Positions 41,745-47,617 of a stretch of DNA of 47,617 nt are shown piece after piece. Every line of letters starts with the position of its first letter. The first letter of the stretch is position 1. The stretch is from a virus: the UHGV virus genome UHGV-0374065; one strand, given 5' to 3'. The position numbers and the translations under genes are program-made. The notes below the pieces were generated by a model, which was given only the letters and a program-made list of their open reading frames with translations, was not told the DNA's origin and ran no database searches.

Positions 41745-42221
41745 CTACAGACGCATAGGCATAACAACAATCTTCGCAGTCTCGCCAGATGGCGCACTAA
41801 GACAGCAAACTGCGGCATTTGTATTTCCATTCAGTTCAAATTTGACACCACAGAATTTAGGATTAAACAGCTTCGCCACTTTCTCAATATCAACAAGGTA
41901 TCCAGCATTGAAGCCTATTTCCTCTGCTGCTTTCGTTTCCCTTGGTATAACGTGATCAATATCAGGGAATCGACCATCAATCTCTTCGCAGATACCAGCA
42001 CCAACCATTGTGTCCATATGGCCGAAATGATAAGTAACGATTCCAGATTTTGTATCGATGATCGCATGGTTATATTTCTTTTTCGGAGACTTGCTCACCT
42101 TTACAATCACACTTTCTGTCAGCTTATTGTCATGGCTGCCGCCAATAAATGCGCGATGACCGTCAGTTGAGGCAATACGACCATCAGGCATGAAGCAGAT
42201 GCCATTCAGGTAATACCGCAC
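41745..42221 (-). CDS. Truncated DNA polymerase III beta sliding-clamp (DnaN) homologue: domain II plus the C-terminal strands of domain III, GTG start, possibly a pseudogene
   Basis: NDVRYYLNGI, TDGHRAF, IDGRFPDIDHVIP, EIGFNAGYLVDI and terminal IVVMPMRL mirror E. coli DnaN residues about 150-366 (…DVRYYLNGM…DGHRLA…VDGRFPDYRRVLP…EIGFNVSYVLDV…YVVMPMRL). An in-frame TAA lies 9 codons upstream of the GTG. About 75 residues of domain III are absent. Confidence 0.6.
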   Translation of the reverse strand: MRYYLNGICFMPDGRIASTDGHRAFIGGSHDNKLTESVIVKVSKSPKKKYNHAIIDTKSGIVTYHFGHMDTMVGAGICEEIDGRFPDIDHVIPRETKAAEEIGFNAGYLVDIEKVAKLFNPKFCGVKFELNGNTNAAVCCLSAPSGETAKIVVMPMRL

Positions 42222-42280
42222 ATCATTGCGAGCCTGAAATATTAATGCTTATTCAAGTAATAGTTTGCTTGTTTTTAGTT

Positions 42281-42457
42281 TCATTTGATCACCTCAAATT
42301 TATATTTAGGCTCAGGCCATGTCGCGGTTCCGTCTTCCCATCGGACATATACTGGTTGAATTTTGTCCTCAATATCTACCTTCTCAACTACGCAAGGTAG
42401 CGGGTCATATTCTGGAATGATTATCTTATCTCCAACTTTTAAATCAGTTAATTCCAT
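42281..42457 (-). CDS. Small hypothetical protein (58 aa)
   Basis: MELTDLKVGDKIIIPEYDPLPCVVEK...; TGATG coupling with upstream gene. Confidence 0.35.
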   Translation of the reverse strand: MELTDLKVGDKIIIPEYDPLPCVVEKVDIEDKIQPVYVRWEDGTATWPEPKYKFEVIK

Positions 42458-42630
42458 CACTTCACCTTAATCATGTGTTGTTTTGCAACCTTCAGGCATT
42501 CTTCAAAAATGCCGCCCTTCTTAGCGCTCTGATTGCGCTTGTAATACTGAATTGCCACATCAATTGCCATCTGGTCGATGTCAGGCAACTTGGTGCGAAG
42601 TTGTTTTTCAATGAATTGTTCTGGTGTCAT
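42457..42630 (-). CDS. Small hypothetical protein (57 aa)
   Basis: MTPEQFIEKQLRTKLPDIDQMAIDVAIQYYKRNQ...; TAATG coupling with the methyltransferase stop. Confidence 0.35.
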   Translation of the reverse strand: MTPEQFIEKQLRTKLPDIDQMAIDVAIQYYKRNQSAKKGGIFEECLKVAKQHMIKVK

Positions 42631-43430
42631 TAAACGGACCTCATGAATGCTTTAATGAATTCTGCTGCGACTTGTGGAACTATGGCATTACCATAACCGC
42701 GCAATCGTCCCACTCTTGCGGATACCCCATGAGTTGCCTCGCAAAATCCGCCTGGTATGACTCTAGTTTCCTTATCTGCTCCATGGTTGGGTTTCCATGA
42801 ATCCCATAAACATGAAGCCACATCTGGCGATAAAGAGTATCGTTCCTGAATTTCCCGTCCTTTCTGTAAAATGACTTGCTGAGATTCCCGTAATCCTTCC
42901 ATCCTCGCGCCGTTGGTGTCGCCCATCCTCGCGCCAAAGATGATTCTTTTCCTTTCCTGTGGAGAGCCGACGCTGCAAGCTGGCAATACTGACGCCCCGC
43001 AGGCGTAGCCTTTGTCTTCCAGGTTAAGGAATACAAAATCGAGCCAGTGCTTCCCAATTGCTGCTGCAACCTGCTCTCCAAACAGCAATTCAGGCTTGCA
43101 CTCTCTGATGAGCCTGAGAAATGCTGGGGCAAGGTGTCGATCGTCGTCAAATCCGAGAGACTTACCGGCAACGCTAAACGGCTGGCAAGGTGGTGATCCT
43201 GTCCAGAGTCGAGTGCTTTCTGGTATTCCTGCCAGCTGGAGTGCAAGGGGCCACCCTCCGATTCCGGCAAAGAAGTGACACTGTGTAAATCCTTCCAGGT
43301 CTGAAGGGGTGACTTCGGTGATTGATCGTTCATCGACATATCCGTAAGGAATTAGTTTATTGTTAATTAATTCACGCAGCCATGCCGCTGCGCCCTTGTC
43401 CCACTCATTGTAATAGTGGACCATCATCAC
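42630..43430 (-). CDS. DNA (cytosine-5)-methyltransferase, compact phage type
   Basis: Motif I FAGIGG, motif IV GSPPCQPFSVAGK, motif VI-like FGEQV, motif X GNAIVPQVA. Confidence 0.8.
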   Translation of the reverse strand: MMMVHYYNEWDKGAAAWLRELINNKLIPYGYVDERSITEVTPSDLEGFTQCHFFAGIGGWPLALQLAGIPESTRLWTGSPPCQPFSVAGKSLGFDDDRHLAPAFLRLIRECKPELLFGEQVAAAIGKHWLDFVFLNLEDKGYACGASVLPACSVGSPQERKRIIFGARMGDTNGARMEGLRESQQVILQKGREIQERYSLSPDVASCLWDSWKPNHGADKETRVIPGGFCEATHGVSARVGRLRGYGNAIVPQVAAEFIKAFMRSV

Positions 43431-44236
43431 ATCTTCTCCAGAATTGCCATCACCTCGTGAATATCAGCAACAGGAATCTTGATAAACTCCTCATTCTCTG
43501 CCACTACATGACCAGCAGGAAGAATAACGTGGTCAGCTGGCTTCAGTAACTCAATCAGTCGGTCTACTGGCTTAATCTTTTTCGACTTGAGCACTTTCGC
43601 CGTGACCTTGTCTTTGCCTTGTGCCTTCGCTTCTTCGACTGCCTCGTCGATAACTTTAACCGCATCATCGCCATGCTCGCGAGTTACTGCTACGGCATTT
43701 GCATAGCTGATTTGCCCTGCACTGATTCGCGCTTTTACTTCGGCTGGCACATCACCCAGTGACAGGTGCATCTGCACGTCAGAAACTGAGCGCCCTACCT
43801 TCTTGGCGATTTCCTCGTTGGTCCAGCCAAAACCCTTCAGTCGCGTGTAAGCCTTTGCGCGTTCAAACGGGTCAAGCTGCTTACCCTGACTGGACGACAC
43901 CATGAAGGCGATTTTATCTGCTTCGCCTCCTGTGAAATCCTTGCACTCAATACGAACAATTGGTGCGCCACGCTCAATGGCACGCAATGCGCCTAGATAG
44001 CGATACTGACCATCAAGAATGCGGATTCCCTTCTCATCAGGAATAACTGTTAATGCTGGTAATGGCTGACCTGATTCCCAGCACTGCGCGAAATACTCCA
44101 CATGCTGCTCGTCTGCTTCGCGGATGTTGTATCCCGGCTCCAGATAGATTTGCTCCACTGGCACGAGATAGGTTTTGTTAACAGCGATTCCGTTGCGCGT
44201 TTCTTTGTCTGAATAGATTTTGCTAAGTGTTTTCAT
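43427..44236 (-). CDS. ParB-like nuclease-domain protein
   Basis: ParB/Srx box GIRILDGQYRYLGALRA. The start was re-called at 44236 (MKTLSKIY); the track ORF begins at 44329. Confidence 0.6.
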   Translation of the reverse strand: MKTLSKIYSDKETRNGIAVNKTYLVPVEQIYLEPGYNIREADEQHVEYFAQCWESGQPLPALTVIPDEKGIRILDGQYRYLGALRAIERGAPIVRIECKDFTGGEADKIAFMVSSSQGKQLDPFERAKAYTRLKGFGWTNEEIAKKVGRSVSDVQMHLSLGDVPAEVKARISAGQISYANAVAVTREHGDDAVKVIDEAVEEAKAQGKDKVTAKVLKSKKIKPVDRLIELLKPADHVILPAGHVVAENEEFIKIPVADIHEVMAILEKM

Positions 44237-44237
44237 A

Positions 44238-44429
44238 TCATTCACCACTTTCTTCCAATAATTGCTCGTAATATGCGACGTACTCATTAGCAAGATGGTA
44301 CAGGCGCTCAGCAGACTTGCGTTCTGCATTACTTAAGTCACCAATAGACTCAATGTTGCCAATTACATCAACACAATCATTGAAGTCTTGCTCTGTATTA
44401 CGAAATCGACAGTAGGACATGTTTGCCAT
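44238..44429 (-). CDS. Hypothetical protein
   Basis: 63 aa. Confidence 0.4.
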   Translation of the reverse strand: MANMSYCRFRNTEQDFNDCVDVIGNIESIGDLSNAERKSAERLYHLANEYVAYYEQLLEESGE

Positions 44430-44431
44430 GA

Positions 44432-45061
44432 TTAATCCTCATCACCAGAATTAGCAATATCGTAAAACTGACCGTAGGTTATCTGCTTAAAGTTATCAGG
44501 TATCGTTACCTGTCCGTGACCTTCATCTTTTGTATTTGGCACAGCAAAAATCAAACAATCATCCTTTTTCGGGTGTTTGCCTCCATAAGTAGAAAGCATT
44601 GCAAAACCAAATCCGCGACCAGATTGCTCACCAATGCCGGTACGTGCGATGCCATAATGGTTAACAATGTAGTCCTTCCATACTGGCAATAACTTTAATT
44701 TCTCGTTTGCCTCGCGCATCACTGCGTCCAGCTTTTTGTTGTATTCACGACCATCCTTTGTGTTTCCTTTCCCACGAACAATAACCACGCGCTGACCTTC
44801 CCAAAAATCTTCACGTTTTATTGTTACAGGGCATGGAAATTCAAATTTATTGCTCCACGCAAAACTCTCAAGCAGGCCACCGCTAACAGCGCCCCAACTG
44901 CGCGTTGTGGTAAATGCGACAGCTCCAACCTTTTTCATTGCGTCACCGAAAATTTCATTGCGGCGATTCTTGATGTCATCGTATGCGTCGATTAGTTTCT
45001 TAACATCATCACCTTCAACCATGTAATAATCATAATGTTTTGCGTTACTACTCATCTTCAT
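44432..45061 (-). CDS. Hypothetical protein (209 aa), first gene of the ParB/methyltransferase operon
   Basis: Start re-called at MKMSSN (SD GAGGTG). Acidic C-terminus. No recognisable domain. Confidence 0.45.
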   Translation of the reverse strand: MKMSSNAKHYDYYMVEGDDVKKLIDAYDDIKNRRNEIFGDAMKKVGAVAFTTTRSWGAVSGGLLESFAWSNKFEFPCPVTIKREDFWEGQRVVIVRGKGNTKDGREYNKKLDAVMREANEKLKLLPVWKDYIVNHYGIARTGIGEQSGRGFGFAMLSTYGGKHPKKDDCLIFAVPNTKDEGHGQVTIPDNFKQITYGQFYDIANSGDED

Positions 45062-45075
45062 CACCTCTAACATTT

Positions 45076-45127
45076 ATTGTTGTTTCTACGTCACTAACTA
45101 TAAACGCCACATCAATCTACGTCAACA
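45076..45127. promoter_or_regulatory. Face-to-face divergent promoters with two operator-like boxes
   Basis: Plus strand has TTGTTG-N16-TATAAA (45076-45103). Minus strand has TTGACG-N17-TATAGT. Boxes TTTCTACGTCAC and CAATCTACGTCAAC. Confidence 0.55.
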
Positions 45128-45172
45128 GGAATATGCTAAAATCATGCTAATCAAACAACAGGAGATTTAAAC

Positions 45173-45292
45173 ATGGGTTCAACCAACTCACCATCTCGTT
45201 CGCGCGCTACTGGCAACACAAAAACTGGCGGCAAAACTGGCGTGGTGAAGCCAAACGGCTCTACCCGTTCACCATCGCGCGGTAAAAAATAA
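45173..45292 (+). CDS. Small basic Ser/Thr/Gly-rich protein (39 aa)
   Basis: RBS AGGAG; MGSTNSPSRSRATGNTKTGGKTGVVKPNGSTRSPSRGKK. Coordinates are +/-1. Confidence 0.35.
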   Translation: MGSTNSPSRSRATGNTKTGGKTGVVKPNGSTRSPSRGKK

Positions 45293-45732
45293 TGTTCGGC
45301 GCAGATGTTGCCATCATGATCATGTATGTGCTTGGATTTGCCTGCACGGGCATGGTTGCGTTTCTGGTGTTCATTCCGGCAATGGTGATGTCTGTGTATC
45401 TTGGATGGGTGCTTGTTGATTCATTTCCCGCCGAATATCTGTATTACCTTGCGCAGTGTATGGTCTGGTTGTTTCCGGCTATTGCGCTGCGTAAAAGTAC
45501 AAAGATGGCGCTCTGCGTGCTGACGATGAGCCTTTACGAATGGCTGGTTGCGATAGAGTCATTCGTATGGGAATTTATCACGCCTGTAGAAACGCCGCTT
45601 CATGCGCAGTACGCATTTATTATTATCGGCATCCATCTGTTCATCCTTTCCATCACTTTTAAATGGGGCGGCGAAATTGGACATTATTCTTGGCGTGGTT
45701 GCCATCGTTTTTTCGCTGATTCAAATCTATAA
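45292..45732 (+). CDS. Integral membrane protein (about 4 transmembrane segments)
   Basis: 146 aa; TAATG coupling. Confidence 0.45.
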   Translation: MFGADVAIMIMYVLGFACTGMVAFLVFIPAMVMSVYLGWVLVDSFPAEYLYYLAQCMVWLFPAIALRKSTKMALCVLTMSLYEWLVAIESFVWEFITPVETPLHAQYAFIIIGIHLFILSITFKWGGEIGHYSWRGCHRFFADSNL

Positions 45733-45764
45733 GTGCTGGAAACATATTATCAGCGAGACTCGCA

Positions 45765-46049
45765 ATGAACGAAACACTAAGACAGGCCGCAGAGCAAGTT
45801 ATAAGCGGGACGACGGGGCAGGTGATTGACAAGGCTGGATATGCCTCCATTGGTACTGGTATTGGACTGAAAGTTGCAGAGCAAACGCCTGTCACGCAGT
45901 CTTATTTTGAGGCTATGATTCCACACAGTCTGACAGAGTGGGCGGCAGTAGCGTCAATCCTCGGCGCCCTGTCTCTGGTAATAAAGAACCTCTTTGAAAT
46001 GTGGTGGAATGTACGGGAGTCAAAAAAAAATGGCAGCACCAACACCTGA
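45765..46049 (+). CDS. Hypothetical protein with C-terminal transmembrane segment
   Basis: 94 aa; transmembrane segment WAAVASILGALSLVIKNLF. Confidence 0.4.
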   Translation: MNETLRQAAEQVISGTTGQVIDKAGYASIGTGIGLKVAEQTPVTQSYFEAMIPHSLTEWAAVASILGALSLVIKNLFEMWWNVRESKKNGSTNT

Positions 46050-46422
46050 AGAATTAGTAAGCCAGATGGCATCACGTGGAATGACTATCACCACAACGGA
46101 TGCGTCTGGTATTCTGTGTCTTGTGGCATCAATCAGTGAATGCCTTGAGCTGAACTACCCCAATGATGAATGCCGGCAAAATGCGATCATGCTGTGGGCT
46201 TCCATCCTGATTAGCGCAAATACCGCAGGGCGCTACGTCACCAGTCAGAGCGCACCATCTGGCGCATCGCAATCATTCGCTTATGGCAGCAAGCCGTGGG
46301 TGGCGCTATACAATCAGATGAAACTACTGGATACAGCAGGATGCACTGGCGATTTAGTGGAAGACCCGGACGGCGGCGGCAAGCCGTGGTTTGCGGTTGT
46401 GCGTGGGAGTAAATGCAAATGA
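46030..46422 (+). CDS. Head-tail connector protein (gp6-like)
   Basis: Start re-called at ATG 46030, immediately after an A9 tract, with SD GGGAG. Position and composition match a connector. Confidence 0.45.
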   Translation: MAAPTPEELVSQMASRGMTITTTDASGILCLVASISECLELNYPNDECRQNAIMLWASILISANTAGRYVTSQSAPSGASQSFAYGSKPWVALYNQMKLLDTAGCTGDLVEDPDGGGKPWFAVVRGSKCK

Positions 46423-46760
46423 CTTCACTGGCTAACTGGAGCTACACGCAACCATGCACCATCTGGCACAAAAGAGGCACTGACAAGTACGGCAAGCCAA
46501 CTTTTGACGCGCCAGTGAGCATCATGTGCGATTATGGCTTTAACGATGATGTATCGACCGATGCGAAAGGCAATGAGATTGTGCAGAAAAATACATTCTG
46601 GACAGAATACACTGACGCTAATGTTGGTGATTACATCATGATTGGCACGGTGACAGAAGCTGACCCGCTGGCGGCTGGCGCAAATCAGATTCTGAATGTG
46701 ATTAACTATGGCTCAACTTTCAACAGGTCAGAGCCACCTGACTTTGCACTGGTGACATAA
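46413..46760 (+). CDS. Head-tail adaptor / head closure protein
   Basis: 115 aa, connector module position. Confidence 0.4.
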   Translation: MQMTSLANWSYTQPCTIWHKRGTDKYGKPTFDAPVSIMCDYGFNDDVSTDAKGNEIVQKNTFWTEYTDANVGDYIMIGTVTEADPLAAGANQILNVINYGSTFNRSEPPDFALVT

Positions 46761-47158
46761 TGCCAGCGAAATTAAGAGGCGTCCGACAGGCCGTAGAGAG
46801 AACATCGCAGATTGTGGATGAGATAATCGCCACGAAAGCTGTGCGTGCAATTAAGTCAGCGACATACATCATCCGCACCGAATCAGCCACGCTAACGCCA
46901 ATTGATACATCAACGCTAATTAACAGTCAGTTTGATACCGTGGAAGTTAGCGGAACGCGAATCACTGGCAAGGTTGGCTACTCTGCAAAATATGCACTGT
47001 ACGTCCACAATGCCAGCGGTAAACTTGCAGGGAAACCGCGCAGCAACGGCAACGGCACGTATTGGTCGCCGGGTGGTGAACCACAATTCCTGACCAAAGC
47101 AGCGCAACGCACAAAAGACCTTGTTGATAGCGTGATTAAGAAGGAGATGACACTCTAA
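46760..47158 (+). CDS. HK97 gp10-family tail component
   Basis: YSAKYALYVHNASG... matches the gp10-family pattern. Confidence 0.5.
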   Translation: MPAKLRGVRQAVERTSQIVDEIIATKAVRAIKSATYIIRTESATLTPIDTSTLINSQFDTVEVSGTRITGKVGYSAKYALYVHNASGKLAGKPRSNGNGTYWSPGGEPQFLTKAAQRTKDLVDSVIKKEMTL

Positions 47159-47532
47159 TGAATATGCTTGAACTGGTTGATGCATATCTTCAGGATGCAG
47201 GATTGTACGATGGCTGGACTTCGCAGCTGCAGTTCTGGAATGACACCGGAGATGGAAGTGAGCAATTTATTGTTCTGCAATCCAACGGTGGCACTCAGGT
47301 TATGGATGGCCTCGGCGGTGACTTCTATTTTTCGCTGTATGTTGTTGGCAAACAAGGCCAATACAATGTTGCTGATGTTGATTCGAAGGCCAATGAGATT
47401 ATCGAATACATCAAAACACACCCGATTGATTCATGCGTTAACTACATCCAGTTGCAAGCGCCACTTGGCAGGGCAATGCTGACGGAAGAAAAAAGACCAG
47501 TGCATGAACTGCTATTGCGTGTTGTGAAATAA
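47158..47532 (+). CDS. Tail terminator / tail completion protein
   Basis: 124 aa, last gene before the major tail protein once the ends are joined. Confidence 0.4.
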   Translation: MNMLELVDAYLQDAGLYDGWTSQLQFWNDTGDGSEQFIVLQSNGGTQVMDGLGGDFYFSLYVVGKQGQYNVADVDSKANEIIEYIKTHPIDSCVNYIQLQAPLGRAMLTEEKRPVHELLLRVVK

Positions 47533-47533
47533 A

Positions 47534-47560
47534 TAAAGCCGCATGAAGCGGCTTTTAATT
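47534..47560. terminator. Bidirectional terminator serving the connector operon (+) and the tRNA (-)
   Basis: AAAGCCGC-ATGA-AGCGGCTTTTAATTT. Confidence 0.7.
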
Positions 47561-47617
47561 TGGTGGACACGGACGGATTTGAACCTTCAATCAGCCGATT
47601 ATTAGTCGGTTGCTTTA
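47561..47617 (-). tRNA. 3' 57 nt of a canonical tRNA (continues at 1..20); anticodon loop CUAAUAA, predicted anticodon AAU (assignment uncertain)
   Basis: Reverse complement is ...AAAGC-A-ACCGA-CTAATAA-TCGGC-TGATT-GAAGG-TTCAAAT-CCGTC-CGTGTCC-A-CCA. It contains T54 T55 C56, G53-C61, A73 and an encoded CCA. Confidence 0.6.

Noticed and set aside
47561-47617. tRNA at the window edge as evidence of a prophage integrated at a tRNA gene (attL/attR)
   Set aside because: The tRNA is completed perfectly by the other window end. No integrase, excisionase or repressor is present, and phage genes begin within 600 bp on both sides. The junction-spanning phage-borne tRNA explanation fits better.

Overview
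The window reads as a complete, circularly closed genome of about 47.6 kb from a virulent tailed phage of enterobacteria, with siphovirus-like gene content, opened inside a phage-borne tRNA gene. The tRNA body is split between 47561..47617 and 1..20 and is only intact if the window ends are joined. No integrase, repressor or DNA polymerase is present.

Modules in order:
- lambda-like tail genes (major tail protein with Ig-like C-terminus, chaperone, tape measure, M/L/K/I-J-like proteins, tailspike with a C-terminal intramolecular chaperone domain);
- a minus-strand replication and recombination operon (SSB, Sak4-like ATPase, PD-(D/E)XK exonuclease, VRR-NUC, SF2 helicase, P-loop replication protein) with a divergent primase;
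- an iteron-plus-AT-rich origin-like region;
- an early array of small genes;
- small and large terminase subunits, portal and a MuF-like head morphogenesis protein;
- a lysis cassette (truncated GH24 lysozyme remnant, intact lambda R-type transglycosylase, putative holin, Rz with embedded Rz1);
- a second block of small genes including a Lar-like anti-restriction protein;
- scaffold/protease, decoration-like protein and major capsid protein;
- a minus-strand operon with a ParB-like protein, a C5 cytosine methyltransferase and an eroded dnaN (beta-clamp) fragment;
- head-tail connector genes.

Five HNH endonucleases (four HNH-AP2 paralogues) sit at module junctions. Accessory minus-strand cassettes interrupt the late genes at 1345..1888, 29856..30911 and 32492..34126. 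A repeated operator-like box, (T)TGAYGTAGATT(G), marks essentially every promoter region. Coordinates of re-called starts are by eye and may be off by a few nucleotides.
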